DNA of 64,000 nt from the NCBI GenBank assembly GCA_964016885.1, contig OZ024759.1, positions 13,454,001 to 13,518,000 of the forward strand, in the 5' to 3' direction. Within the stretch, counting starts at the first letter, position 1. Each line of letters starts with the position of its first letter. Below, one piece after another: positions 23,201 through 38,020 of the stretch. The position numbers were made by a program, and so were the translations under genes. Below the pieces are notes generated by a model. It had not been told where the DNA came from. It saw nothing but the letters and a program-made list of their open reading frames with translations, and did not search any database. The DNA is from Eledone cirrhosa (Eukaryota).

Positions 23201-25568
23201 AAGTGCAGTGAATGAGTTTGATACAATAAATTGTTATAAATAACACTGTTTGACTTCCTTAAAGGAGGAGGGCTGAGAGGACAAATTTCAGGGAGCCAGT
23301 ATACAAGTTTTTACACTGGTGAAATAACATTTCTTCAAATTGATTCTGCCCCTTAAAAAGGTGAGTCTACAAATCCTGGAAAAACGTTGATCATGTCGAC
23401 TTAGCATGAGCTTGTTCCTCCGATACACTGCTCTGAACACCAAGAAGAGCCTTGATGCAGTCTGTTTCCCATCACAACTAGAGCCAGCTGGTTTTGGCAC
23501 AGTTGGTTTCCTGTCACAACTGGAGCTGGCCTCGACCGTGTTGATGGTTAGTGACCTGACTAAATAACCCTGTTCCCTTTTGAGAGAGGTAATCCCTAAC
23601 CTGGGACATGTAGTGCTCATGTCTAACTTGTGGGATCTTGACCAGCAACCTCCCTCGTGATGCTGCCACAAATAAGCACCCACTACACTTCATAAGGGCA
23701 CCTTGCCATAAAAGTGTTGAGAGAACCCCTCTAGTTGTGTCAGTGGAAGGCATCCAGCTGTAGAAAGCTTGCCATATGTTAGTGGGATATAGATCCGACA
23801 TTTAATCAATGGTATTCTAGCCATGACCAACGTATGTATCTAAAACTACGTCGTTGAATGTGTCCTTCATTGTATTAAAATGTGGCTGCTGTTTTTAGCA
23901 GGTTGGGTGACAATTCTAACAAGTAGGATATTCTCTTCAAAAATATTTGACTAGTTTTCGTTGCTTGTGTAAAATTCCAGCCCTAATCTAGCTTGACCCA
24001 TCGGAAACATTGCTCCAGTCGTGGTAAAATCAGTGCCCTTTAATCCTTCCTGCCCAGAATGTCATAACCCCAAAAGTAGACTTTTAAAACATTTCCAACC
24101 GTGACCATCCTGTGTTTATATGACTATTTAAATCCTTATCGTCACAAGTGTCCTCCTTTGCTTTAGAAGTGCGAGAGACAAATATTTAGCTGGCGTATAG
24201 CTCCAGTACACTCGGGAGTTAATCCTGCAATAGACCAGCGTCCTATCCAGGGAGAGTCTTGTACTCGGAGACACTTAACAACAAGGAAACCCGGTAATAG
24301 AACAGACTTTAGCTTAACTTGATATATATACTAAATTTAGGTTTAATCAATACTTATAAACCGACGCTTTACCCTTTTTATTTCCAGAAACATGAATATA
24401 TACTTATATACAGAACAATTAATATGTATGTACAAAATACTAGTAGTTTCTAATACGTTAATAATTGTCTTATGAAAAAAATATTTGTTCCCTTTGCACA
24501 TACTATTTTTTTTTTTTATCAAAGTATTTCCAAAGTAGCCATAAGTACCATTAATTTACTCAGTAGAATTACGGCCTTCGCGGTGGCATGCGAACTGAGT
24601 CTCGGACTTCCAGTATAGGTGGCTGGCGTTTCTTTTCGAAATGTTATTAATATGTAAATGAACCTTTGAAGTTTCTATATATATAAGGAGAGTTGGATGA
24701 TCGTCAACGAGGAAGAGAAGGGGTTCGAGTCAGATCCAGGGAACAAGGCCCTTAGCCATTTCCTCTTCCTATCCTCGGGCCCTGTTAACTGGATCTGACT
24801 CGAACCCCTTCTCTTCCTCCCTGTGATCTCGTTGATGATCATCCAGCTCTCCTTTCACCTAGACCTGTCAACCGCTCTCTCCACCTTTCTGATCTTCTCA
24901 ATCAGAGCTGACGATGCTTCCTCTTCTTCTCTCTCCTCGGTACCAGGGCACGCGGCCTCGGCAGCCAGGACTATTTGCAGGCTGGTTATATGCTGGCCTG
25001 CCTCCTAGATAGCGCGAGCAATCGTTTTTTATTAGAGTTATTTCCGCTTTATGGAACTCTTGTGTTGCTTTTTTTCGATTGACATCCGGTTCTTTGAAAA
25101 AGATCATTTTGGATATTACGTTCATTTAAAGAGGTATGTAATGTTTTCTTTGTATACAATATAACTCTCTACACACCATATCAATATGTACATTTTATTC
25201 GTAGAAACTAAACCTCTTTATACATATATTTGCATAGGGAAATGGCAATCATTTGCAAAGATTAAGCAATCACTATATATGTTTACACATTCATATATGG
25301 AAGTGTGCATGCATGTATATATATATATATATGTGTGTGTTTCAATATAGATAAGTATATATGAATATACTGGCAGAGTCACACTTTACTATCCCAAGTA
25401 TCAAGTACTCATAATGTCAGCAATAATTAACCAATAGTTTTGTTTAGCTGCTGCCCCACCTCCACGTTGTGTTGTATTTCCAATGTAATGTCACCTCACA
25501 CACATTTCTCGGTCATATCAAGTAGAATTTAGCGTATTTCTATATTAAGTTGGCAAATAAGATAACAT

Positions 25569-25636
25569 CTCTGTCTGACGACCGATCCAGACGTTTACTA
25601 TTATTGTCTATGATCCAGAAACCTTTGGTAATGGAG
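25569..25636 (+). ncRNA. Type-I hammerhead motif in the left palindrome arm
   Basis: CTCTGT-CTGACGA-[..GATC.AGAC..GTCT..GATC..]-GAAA-CCTTTGG-TA-ATGGAG; base of stem II imperfect. Confidence 0.55.
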
Positions 25637-25723
25637 TAGTTATATTTTGTGTTGTTCACTTTCTAATATATATATGTATATATATTTGAGAAAACACATC
25701 GCTATATATATACACACAAAGAC

Positions 25724-25756
<33 letters not shown>

Positions 25757-25817
25757 AAGACATATATATATATATACACACACACACAGACATATATATA
25801 TATGTACACACACACAG

Positions 25818-25849
<32 letters not shown>

Positions 25850-25899
25850 ATATATATATATGTATATATATATACAAACACACAGACAGGCGTATATAT

Positions 25900-25930
<31 letters not shown>

Positions 25931-27663
25931 CAGTTGGTAAATAATATACTTCTTCTTCTCTTCATCATATCCTCGTGTTGGAGGACTTTCTCTTTGTCAA
26001 CATGTCCCAGTCAGTCGTTGGAGTGTCATACTAGATGTGCAGTCATGCTTTACAATCATGAGTTCGATTCTCGTAGCAAGCTTCTGAAGGACTTGTGCTT
26101 GATTCTGATAGTTACTTTACCATGGCAGAATCTCCTTTGGCCCTGCTAGATTCTGGTTATTAATATTAACCAGAATCTTTTGAGAACTGTCGTCTTTTTG
26201 TCAGAGTGAATATTTCACCCGTCTACGTAACATAGAACCATTTACATTCTTAGTTTCTTTCTTTTTTGACACACACACACACTTAATATGCATTTTTAGT
26301 TTAATATTCTTTTTATTGATAATGTATGTAAATGACTCTCATTTCTTTTTACAGATGTCCAGCCATCAAGATCATATGCTGTGTTGTTTGCCGTAACAAG
26401 CAGGAATGTCGTAGTTTCTTTTAATAAATATACGAGAAAACTAATTGCTATACACACACACACACACACACACACACATCTTTTAATAAAGAAAGTTTAC
26501 ACATTATATACGAATTGTATTCAGTTTATTTTGACAAAAATGAATAAAGAAAGTTTAGATCTTATATACGAGTTGTGTTCAGTTTATTTTGACAAAAATG
26601 AATAAAGAAATCAAGAGTCTAGAAGAAACCGAGTAAGACGTGATATAAAGAACGTAAGTGTTTATGAAGTTTCTAAATAAAGAAACTAAGAGTTAGATAA
26701 AGTTTCTTTTAAGAAACTGAGAATGAAGAAGTTTCTAAATAAAGAAACTAAGAGGTAGATAAAGTTTCTTGAAAGAAACTGAGATTTATGAAGTTTCTAA
26801 ATAAAGAAACTAAGAATGTTTTTGAAATTATCGAAAAAAAAAATCTATGAAATAAGACCTCGTTTTAATTTTTTTTATTAAAGGGAGGTAACTCTGTAAT
26901 ATTTTGAAACGAATTACCTCCCTTTGAAACACCTTCGTCACCGTCGTTACCACCGTCGGCACCTTCGTAACCGTCGTCACCATTACCGCCGCCACCTGGT
27001 GGCGGAGGTAAAGATACCGACGAAGACGAAGGTGCACCGTCGTCTTCGTCGGTATCTTTACCACCGCCACCAGGTGGCGGAGGTGAAGACACCGACGAAG
27101 ACGACGGTGCACCTTCGTCTTCGTCGGTATCTTTACCTCCGCCACCAGGTGGCGGCGGTAATGGTGACGACGGTTACGAAGGTGCCGACGGTGGTAACGA
27201 CGGTGACGAAGGTGTTTCAAAGGGAGGTAATTCGTTTCAAAATATTACAGAGTTACCTCCCTTTAATAAAAAAAATTAAAACGAGGTCTTATTTCATAGA
27301 TTTTTTTTTCGATAATTTCAAAAACATTCTTAGTTTCTTTATTTAGAAACTTCATAAATCTCAGTTTCTTTCAAGAAACTTTATCTACCTCTTCGTTTCT
27401 TTATTTAGAAACTTCTTCATTCTCAGTTTCTTACAAGAAACTTTATCTAACTCTTAGTTTCTTTATTTAGAAACTTCCTAAACACTTACGTTCTTTATAT
27501 CACGTCTTACTCGGTTTCTTCTAGACTCTTGATTTCTTTATTCATTTTTGTCAAAATAAACTGAACACAACTCGTATATAAGATCTAAACTTTCTTTATT
27601 CATTTTTGTCAAAATAAACTGAATACAATTCGTATATAATGTGTAAACTTTCTTTATTAAAAG

Positions 27664-27768
<105 letters not shown>

Positions 27769-28286
27769 GCAATTAGTTTTCTCGTATATTTATTAAAAGA
27801 AACTACGACATTCCTGCTTGTTACGGCAAACAACACAGCATATGATCTTGATGGCTGGACATCTGTAAAAAGAAATGAGAGTCATTTACATACATTATCA
27901 ATAAAAAGAATATTAAACTAAAAATGCATATTAAGTGTGTGTGTGTGTCAAAAAAGAAAGAAACTAAGAATGTAAATGGTTCTATGTTACGTAGACGGGT
28001 GAAATATTCACTCTGACAAAAAGACGACAGTTCTCAAAAGATTCTGGTTAATATTAATAACCAGAATCTAGCAGGGCCAAAGGAGATTCTGCCATGGTAA
28101 AGTAACTATCAGAATCAAGCACAAGTCCTTCAGAAGCTTGCTACGAGAATCGAACTCATGATTGTAAAGCATGACTGCACATCTAGTATGACACTCCAAC
28201 GACTGACTGGGACATGTTGACAAAGAGAAAGTCCTCCAACACGAGGATATGATGAAGAGAAGAAGAAGTATATTATTTACCAACTG

Positions 28287-28319
<33 letters not shown>

Positions 28320-28370
28320 ATATATACGCCTGTCTGTGTGTTTGTATATATATATACATATATATATATG

Positions 28371-28424
<54 letters not shown>

Positions 28425-28452
28425 TGTGTGTGTGTGTACATATATATATATG

Positions 28453-28483
<31 letters not shown>

Positions 28484-28580
28484 GTCTTTGTGTGTGTGTG
28501 TGTGTATATATATAGCGATGTGTTTTCTCAAATATATATACATATATATATTAGAAAGTGAACAACACAAAATATAACTA

Positions 28581-28648
28581 CTCCATTACCAAAGGTTTCT
28601 GGATCATAGACAATAATAGTAAACGTCTGGATCGGTCGTCAGACAGAG
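28581..28648 (-). ncRNA. Mirror hammerhead motif in the right palindrome arm
   Basis: Reverse complement of 25569-25636. Confidence 0.55.
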
Positions 28649-29060
28649 ATGTTATCTTATTTGCCAACTTAAATAATATAGAAATACGCTAAATTCTATT
28701 TGATATGACCGAGAAATATATGTAAAGTGGCATTACATTGGAAATACAACACAACGTGGAGGTGGGGCAGCAGCTAAACACAACGTAGAGGTGGGGCAGC
28801 AGCTAAACAAAACTATTGGTTAATTATTGCTGACATTATGGAGGGAAATAAACGGAAAATGTTCAAGTGAAACTCTTCAATATAAAATAAAGATTTACTA
28901 GCGTTGTCTCACGTTTCTCCAGATCAGCCTGTAGAAATGAGTTGGACAACATCAGTGGCGTGCGGAGGGAAGACTGCTGGTCTTCCACAAACAACGTTGC
29001 CCGGTCTCGGAGGGGAACTTTTTAGATGAAAATCCCATGGTCAATCGTGAGGGTCTTTAC

Positions 29061-29116
<56 letters not shown>

Positions 29117-29795
29117 AAGATTGAAGAATAACATGGTCGGCTGTACAAAAAGGTTTTATTTCTAGTATTATCAGAAGTTTCATTGATCAGGTGAGTCTAA
29201 AGGCCGCTAATCACTCGACCTTAAATACAGTGTTTACCTCTGATCAGAGGTAAACACTATACAATGTCGAGAAAGATTCTATGTGAAACGAATGTTTTCT
29301 GAAAAATCTACATGAAATTAGTGTTTTCTGAAAAGTGTGTATCTAAGAGAATGTATGTGTATAGAAAACTATATCCGTTATTGACATAAATGTATATATT
29401 AGTACTAGTAGCAAAGAAAACATTACATACCTCTTTGCATGAAAGTAATATCCAAAATGGTTCTCTTCCAAAGAACCGGAAGTCACTTCAAAAAAAGAAG
29501 AGTTTAAAAATTGGGAGATAATTCTAATAAAATTTTGAGCAAAAATCGATCGTTCGCGAGGTCCGGGACGCAGGCCAGACAAGTAGCCAGCCTGCAAATA
29601 GTCCCAGCTGCATAAGCCACGAAGACCTCGTTTAATTTAGAATCTACAAGTATTTTGTACATATATATACAGAACAAATTATTATGGAGATAAATATATG
29701 TACACATATGTGTGGGTGTGTGTATATATATACATAAGTTTATGAATAATTATATATGTGTATATATACATATACAGACATATGTATATGTTTCA

Positions 29796-30195
29796 AGGAA
29801 GATGATAAGCTACAGGAGAGGTTCACAGTAGAAGTGAGGAACAGGTTCAGTGCTCAGAGGAGAGAGACATCGGAGGGACTAAGGAGAGTGTGATGGGGAG
29901 GTACCGGTACTTCACCAATGCAAGTGAGACCCTGGTGCCGAGGAAAGAGAAGAGGAGGAAGCATCGTCAGCTCTGATAGAGAAGATCAGAAGTGTGGAGA
30001 GAGCGGTTGACAGGTCTAGGTGTAAGGAGAGCTGGATGATCATCAACGAGATCACAGGGAGGAAGAGAGGGGGTTCGAGTCAGATCCAGGGAACAGGGCC
30101 CGAGAATAGGAAGAGGAAATAGCTGAGGGCCCTGTTCCCTGGATCTGACTCGAACCCCTTCTCTTCCTCGTTGATGATTATCCAGCTCTCCTTAT
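29796..30195 (+). mobile_element. RTE-like LINE internal fragment with fold-back end (mirrored, shorter, at 24686-24950)
   Basis: LQERFTVEVRNRFS...KIRSVERAVDRSRCKESWMIINEITGRK, with ~65-bp inverted duplication at its end. Confidence 0.6.
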
Positions 30196-32612
30196 ATATA
30201 TAGAAACTTCAAAGGTTCATTTACATATTAATAACATTTCGAAAATAAACGCCAGCCACCTATACTGGAAGTCCGAGACGCAGTTCGCATGCCACCGCGA
30301 AGGCCACAATTTTACTGAGTAAATTAATGGTACTTATGGCTACTTTGGAAATATTTTGATAAAAAAAAAAATATATAGTATATGCAAAGGGAACAAATAT
30401 TTTTTTCATAAGATAATTATTAACGCATTGGTGGTGTTGTGAAGATGGGGTTTTCAATGTCTGCCAACGGAGTGTTTAGGGGGTTTAATTGTGGAGGTTT
30501 ATCGAAGTTCGATGGTGACCGTGTTCTACAATTGAGGATCCTTTGATGACTGCAAGACCTTATGATGGAGACGCAAATTAGACATGTCTCTAAATCTTTG
30601 TTTACAGTCAAGCGATAGCCATAGAAGATTATATAGGTTAGACATGTCTTTTAACCGCTCTTTTGGCCACAAAATCTTACAGGACATTGAGCCTTCGAGA
30701 TGGAAAGAGACTGAGGTGTGAAAGACACTTCCACTGAAATATCTACTGCCTGTACAGTCACCAAAGGAAGTATAGACTGACATTGACAACCATAAGTGCA
30801 CCCCGTAACAACACACACATATCACCAGCAATGCATTAACAATTTACAAATGAAAAATATATTAATACCTGAATTACAATCGATACAAATGTGACTAATA
30901 CGTACCTTGATGGATTCCAGGTTTAAGGACACATGACCCCAGTTCTTGGGATGTTAAAATACAGGTCAACCTTTTATAAGCTGCCTTAGATGTAGACGGT
31001 AAGGAGGGACTGTATATCAGGGACACATCCTTACATGTAATTGTGGGCCGTATGGAGGTACAGCTACCATAATAGACTATAAAAGGGACGTTAGATGCAA
31101 CTGTAGGCCGCGTGGAAGGACAGAATACTGTATATCAGTGACGTTAAAAGACAGACCCATCCTTAGATGTAACTGTGGACTGTAAGGAGGGACAGCTACC
31201 ACAATATGCTGGAAGACAAACACAACCTTACAGCTGCCGTGTGGGGGGACAGCTACCACAGTATACTGTATAACAGGGACGTTACAAGACAGACCCAAAC
31301 TTATATTACGTTTAACTGTGGTTCTTATGGAGGGAGAACTACCACAATATACTGTAAATAACGGACGTTTAAAGGACAAACACAACCTTAGATGTAACAG
31401 TATATCGCGTTAAAAGGCAGGCCCAGCTCTCTAGACTGTAAGTAAACTTAAAGAAGATGGAGGTATTCCTCCAGCCTACACCCCATATCACCATTGGCGA
31501 GACTGAACGGAGCATCTTCACATCACATGCCAAGATTGAGAGGGAAATCCGCAACAGACTGGCAAAGGTGACCAGTGGATTTGATAGACTGTACTAACGT
31601 GTGAAAGATTAAACATGAACCTGGACAGTAAGAAGTTGTGTAGGAGAAAGGTTCGTAGGTATGGCTATTTCCAGTCGAGGTGGGCTGCAGGGAATCCTCG
31701 GCTTAATCAGTATGGAGGATGCTCACAATCATTGGAATGACAGGACGAGAGAAGAAGGCTGCAGTTCGCAGGATGGGGGAGGCTTTGGAGAAGGAGAGAG
31801 GGGATTGAGGGTAAATATTCCCAATGAACGAAGGACAGGGACATCAACACCAAGGCTATGTCCATCGAAGGTGAATGAACCTGAGGACATAATTATGCCT
31901 ATATATCATCATCAACTTTTAACGTCTATCTTCCACGCTAGAATGGATTAGACGAGTCTGTCCCATTTAGAGGCAAGTTCGGTGGGATGACTGCTCATAT
32001 ATATATAAGCAGGATCGAAGTTAATTGCAGCATATATATAAACTTTATTGGCATATTGCAATCGTATCAATTTCGATCATCTCAGGGTACAATCATAATT
32101 ACGGACTTACGTAACATATGTGTGTGGGAGTGGCGATTGAATAACTGCAATCGTTAAAACACCCGAGAAAACCTCTCCAGAATACAAAATTAATTTACAA
32201 CAGTTTCAGAAAATGTTTAGCACTGTTGAAGAATTGAATCAACAATTTAAGGTCTTTGATCTCAATCTTGAAAGAAGCATTTAAATACACTGAAATATTA
32301 ACAACAACTAGGAAGAGTTTTAAAGAAATACACTAGACATATTTTCTGTGAATAAAAAAGAAACATGTTGAATTTTATTGTTTATTTTCAACATGAATTG
32401 GAACAGAATGTATTCAATAAAGAAAGATTTACAGAATGAGGTTTATAGAGAGCAATTTGAGTTAAATTTCTTAGAAAGTATGTATATGGCTTAGTTTAGT
32501 TTCTTAGAAGAGGTAACACTATTTGTATGTGTGTTTTTTTTTAGTTTAAAAGAAAGAATGTCAGGTGGGTGAAGATGTGGCAGAAAGCCACAATACCACT
32601 TCACATGAACAC

Positions 32613-33740
32613 AATAATAATAATGAAATTATTGTGTAAAGTGCTCAGGTGCACTACAACTCATCAAAGGTGCATGTATAGTACATAGAATAATATACAA
32701 ATGTCAGGGAAGTGTATGAGTCATGATATACATGTGTGCGTGTGTATGGAGGGGGAATATTAAGTGTAGTGTTGGCGAATCTCAAGAAGCATGGAGGTTT
32801 TAAAGGATGCAGTGTCTCGACAGCTAACAACTGATGCAGGGAGTTTGTTCCATGCTTCAGCAACTCTGAGCGTGAAGAAATGTTTCCGAAAGTCATGGGA
32901 GCTGTGCTGTTTTCTGACTTTGTAGGCATGCCCACGTGTGTTAGACACATGGAAATCAAAAAGGTACTCAGGGTTGTTGTTGGCAAGATGGTTAATAATT
33001 TTGTGGGTGTTTACCAAGTCAGTTGCCAGGCGTCGGAGCTTCAATGTATCCATGCCAAGGGAAGTAAGGCGTTCAGAGTATGGTAGATGCCTGATGGAGG
33101 GTATTCGCTTGGTTGCACGTCTCTGAGCAGTTAGGCGGTCAATGTTCTGAGCAAGATAGGGGTTTCAGACTGGTGATGCAAATTCTAAGTGTGGCCGCAC
33201 CATAGCTATATAGAACTTTAAATAGATAGCTGGAGAGCGGCTGACAAAGGTCTTGCTGAGTCATGCTAAGACACCCTCGGCCTTCTACACAATTTTAGAG
33301 ATGTGTTTCGTCCAACGCAAATCGCTGCTAACCGTAATGCCCAGGTCACGTTCACAAGAAGACTTCTTGATATTAGTGTTGTGGAGGGAGTATGTGGACG
33401 CTGGGTTTTTACTCCCAAAATGCATGGTCGTGCACTTGTCAACAGCCAGTCTGAGATCCATTGTTGCATTGTGTCCAGGTCAGACTACAAGCAAGATCTA
33501 TAGTGTTCAGTATCTGTCTTTTTTATCTCAAGGTACAGATTGATGTCCTCTGCATATTTCAGTACTGTGGCATTCTTTAAGTTGGCATCTATGTCATTAA
33601 TATATGCCACAAACAAAAGGGGGCCAAGAACAGATACCTGTGGAACACCAGATGACATCTCATATGGTGAGGAATGCTGTCCTAGAACCGTGACTACCTC
33701 TCTTCGACTGAGAATGAAGGACTTCAACCAGTTTAAAAAA
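32613..33740 (-). mobile_element. CR1-group LINE 3' fragment
   Basis: SGVPQVSVLGPLLFVAYINDI...YAED and RRLATDL...TRGHAYKV...HFFTLRVAEAWNKLP; (ATT)n tail. Confidence 0.9.
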
Positions 33741-35839
33741 TGTGAGTTATTGACATAAAGTGTGTATCTAATAAAATGTATGTGTATTGAGAGAATGTTT
33801 AGTTTCTTAGATGTCCTAGTATACAGCAAAGAAAACATTACATACCTCTTTACACGGGGAAAACAATATCCAAAATGATTTTCTTTCAAAGAATCGAAAA
33901 AAAAAAAAAAAATACAAGAGTTCCATAAAGGAGAAATAACTCTAACAAAAGGGAGATAACTCTAATCAAATTTAAAGCAAAAAACATTGCTCGCTCGGTT
34001 CAGGACATCATATAGCCAGCCTGCAAATAGACCTGGCTGCCACTCAGCCGCCTGCCAACGCAACGATTCGATCTTCAGACACAGAGAATGGACGAGTTCT
34101 CTCCAGCATACATAGGGAGGCGACGATAGTCCGAACCACCAGACGCATGGCCACGCGAAGCCACACATTACTCAGTAAATTAGTCATACTTATAAATAAA
34201 ATTTTATATATTAAAAACATAATAATACAGAAACGGAAAGAAAGCGAGATAACACGCATCAAAATATATTCCGTGAGTTACCTCACTCACATTCCGTTTC
34301 TATATATATATTTCTTTTTATTTATTAATTTATTATTTGAGTGACCCGAATTTTCCTGGTCGTTTTTTTCGGCTGTGCGAATGATCTAGGCATCGTCTCT
34401 GTGTGTTGGTATTTTAACGATAGTTATAACTCTGGTTCATCCAAACTATTGAGCCCTCCGCCACACATGTCGAAGATTGTTTATCATTATTTCGTGGGCC
34501 GAGATTCTGATTCTCGATTATTTACTTGTATATATATATTATGTTAGAAATTACTAGTATTTAGTACATATATACCGATCAATTAATATGTAAGTAAATA
34601 TACGTAAATAAAAAAATAAATTATTATATATATAAAGTTTGTTCTAAGTTTTTCGCCCCGCTTCCTTGTTAAGTGTCTCAGAATACAAGACTCTCCCTGG
34701 ATAGGATGCAGTCTATCGCAGGATTAACTCCCTAACTATTGAGTGTACTGGAGCAACATAAAATGTTGCCCTAAAACTGCTTCTTTCGCCCTCTAATATA
34801 TTGACTATGGTTTATTTGTCCCTAGGAATGTCTATAAGTTAACCACACCCTAAAGCCGTTTCTTTCGCCCCCTAACCTGGCATTCAAATACTAATTTGAA
34901 GCAACATCAAGTTTTCGAGGTTTGCGGAGATAGCAATAAATAGTTCATTTGCGTGTTCTTGCTATATGAAGGCGAGACACAGCCAACACTACCCTTGTCC
35001 CGTCTGTACAGTCAACAAAGGATCAACAAGTGATGAACAAGTTTGTCATTATCAAATTTCAATGGACACCTGTAAGTGCACTGCCTAACAACACACACAC
35101 ACACATGCATATATATATATATGAGCAAAGTACGGTGTGGACGACCTGTCTGATCAATGCAAGCATGGAAAATACGTCGTCTAACATTTATTAGTAAGTG
35201 GAAGACAACGAATTTGTTAACAAATGTGAATAATACATAAACGGTTAATTAAACTGATATTTTGTATTAGTGTTCTATATGTTAGTGAAGGATAGGTACA
35301 CTGGTTCTCAACAACACCCAGAGGGTGACATTCTAAACTTAGAGAGGAGATGGGTACTGTCAAACATTTCTCAGGTTCACTGAACTGTCATGATGGAGAC
35401 ACAACAAAACATAGAATAGTACACCAGCTCCGGGGAACTGATTAATGTATATTTATGGTAATTAAGGTGCAACAATACAGCATTCCTTTCTACAGTAATG
35501 AGAAATTCCAAGTGTAAATCCTGTGTATATCTATATAAACAACATTGGTAAACTTAATAAGTATTGTATACATATTATATCATTGTTATTTAACGTCCAT
35601 TCACCATGATGGCAAGGGTTGGACGACTCATTGCAGACAAAGTTAGTACTTTTGGTTTTAAAAAATTATAAACAAAGTGACGGTAAATAATTTGGAGTAA
35701 ACATCTTTTTACTGTGTTTTAGTTAAATTTTAAAATAACAAACAACTACTCTGGTAAGGGCACTCTGCTGTAGAAACCAGCTACTGCTGATGCCATTCCA
35801 AACATCAATCAGTGTCAACCAATTCTAGAGGCTTCCCGC

Positions 35840-36188
35840 CTACATTCGTAATATTCTCTACCAGATACTTCGTCTTAATCTCATTCCTTCTCATTAATCA
35901 GTATACACTGAGTATGAACAACTCAGAGCTGTACAGGAGCCTCCCAAAAGTAGCACAGAGGAGATTGAGGTTAGCTGAACATGCTCACCGACATTGTCGT
36001 GACACAGCACTCTGCTCCTGTGGGAGACCCTGCACGGACACAGTAGAAGAGGGAGACCGAGGTTGACATATATTGATGCCCTAAGGACAGACACAGGTCT
36101 TTTGGAGACGCAGGACATGGTGGCGATAATGAAGGCCAAAGAATGCTGGAGAGAACTCATCCATGGATCTCGGGAATGTTACCCGCCA
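35840..36188 (+). mobile_element. RTE-like LINE 3' fragment
   Basis: VAQRRLRLAEHAHRH...RRGRPRLTYIDALRTDTGL. Confidence 0.7.
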
Positions 36189-37009
36189 TATATATATATA
36201 TATATATATATATAGTATAAGTTTGGTAGAAATATATATATAATGATAATAAATGGGAACAAAGTATCAGTATTGTACATCTACCAGCTATATATATATA
36301 TATACATATATATAATTGTTTCTACTTTAGGCACAAGGCTAGCAATTACCCAGTGCATTACTGGTACTTTATTTTATTGACCCTGTAAGGATGAAAGGCA
36401 AAGTCAACCTCGGCGGGATTGTGCAAGGTCATTATATATAATATATATATATATATATAATGACCTTGCACAACTGAACCTCTCAAAATCGATGACACAG
36501 GATCGATATCTTTGATATTATGCAGTAATACAGAAGACATGCCTTCACATGGGCACAGACTCAAACATACATCTTGTAGGTACCTCCTAATCACTATACC
36601 CTCACCCACACCTGTCCACACCAGTCTTACACTGGGAACAAAACATATCCAATCCACGCTGCAGGTGTCACAACAAAAAGCACTTAGTTCACACTGTAAA
36701 GTGGTCCCGCAGGTGACATGACAGAAAGCACCCAGTCCACACTGTAAAGTGGTTGGCATTAGGAAGGGCATCCAACTGTAGAAACCTAGCCAGAAACAGT
36801 TCTGTATGAGCAAGACATGGCCACCTGACCCAACTTACCTCAAATGGGACAACCCTTTTAACACATGCTAGCGTGGATGTTAGATAGATAGAGATAGATG
36901 GATGGATAGAGAGATAGAGGTAGACAGACAGGTATAGATAGATAAAGAGGTAGAGAGATAGATAGATAGATAGATAGATAGAGAGGTAGAGATATAGTTA
37001 GATAGAAAT

Positions 37010-38020
37010 ATTTCTTTATTAGCCACAAGGGCGCACAAGAAAAGGGGCCAATACAAAGACATGCCGGGGATTTTACATACAGTCGTGTAAAAAAATATAA
37101 AACAAACAATTATAACAATCGAAATCCCCAATAGGGGGGGAAGCACCACAAATGGGTTGTTTAATACTGTCGATAGAACAACCCTCAACTTCAGGAGCGT
37201 GTTGTGCAAGTGCTCCTTTCTTCCTTTGCTCTGTTCTTTAACCTACAGGCTTATAAACAGAGAAGGCCCAATCACTCGGGCCATTTTTGCCACATTCACC
37301 CACCTTTCAGTAAATTTACTGGGGTGCAGTGCCTCTCTCTCCACCCTGATTCTCCTTCTAAAGTGATACTTAAAGAAGGGAATCAATTGTTGTCCGGAGA
37401 GAAAGGCATCTGTCCTCAGTCCTCTCAATCTCGTCCACCATACAACCTCTTTCACCATAGCCACTGTACAGAGGAAAACCGCCTCTCTTTCGTTTTTGAA
37501 AGAGGCTGGTGGTTTGACCCTTACTATGGACTCGGCAGTCAACTGGATTTGTCCCATACGCGACACCACTTGTTCCGCATAGTTCCACAGGTCGGTTACG
37601 ACCGGGCAGTGTACAATTGCGTGCAGGACTGTTTCAATGTCCTGCGCGCATCTTGGACACGTCCTCTTGGAAGGATCCCTGCCGGGGCGTCCGTGCCTGT
37701 AGATATTGTCACGAACCGGTAGAGCTCCTCGGTAGCACTGCCAGGCCAGGGACCTCTGGAAGTTGTCCATAGGTCCCGGGCGGAAAGTCCTACCAAACAG
37801 ACTGATGAGCTCATCGTCTTCGACACCCAGAGTCTCTCCGAGCACGTCGTCGCCCTTGTAACGTACAATCCCTCTATAGAATGTCGAAGTGGAGTCTCCA
37901 CTGATTGCTGCGCCCGCTTGCCAGAGGACTGTGAGCGCCTGAGCGCATTCAATGTGCCAGGCGCTCATCGCTTTCGGTATTTTCTTCACCCAGGACTGCA
38001 GCTCTGTCAGCGAGACGAGA
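37010..38020 (-). mobile_element. Tx1/L1-clade LINE 3' end with zf-RVT-like zinc finger
   Basis: AWQCYRGALPV...CPRCAQDIETVLHAIVHCP; GC-rich open frame; 3' UTR with AATAAA; flanked by GATA-type repeats. Confidence 0.85.

Noticed and set aside
26828-27346. His/Arg-rich ORFs MKHLRHRRYHRR on both strands
   Set aside because: They are mirror images created by the palindrome, start at TTG and have no splice or homology support.
29343-29597. Conserved peptide (ENHFGYY) in the repeated block
   Set aside because: The three copies differ by frameshifting indels, so the conservation is at nucleotide level.
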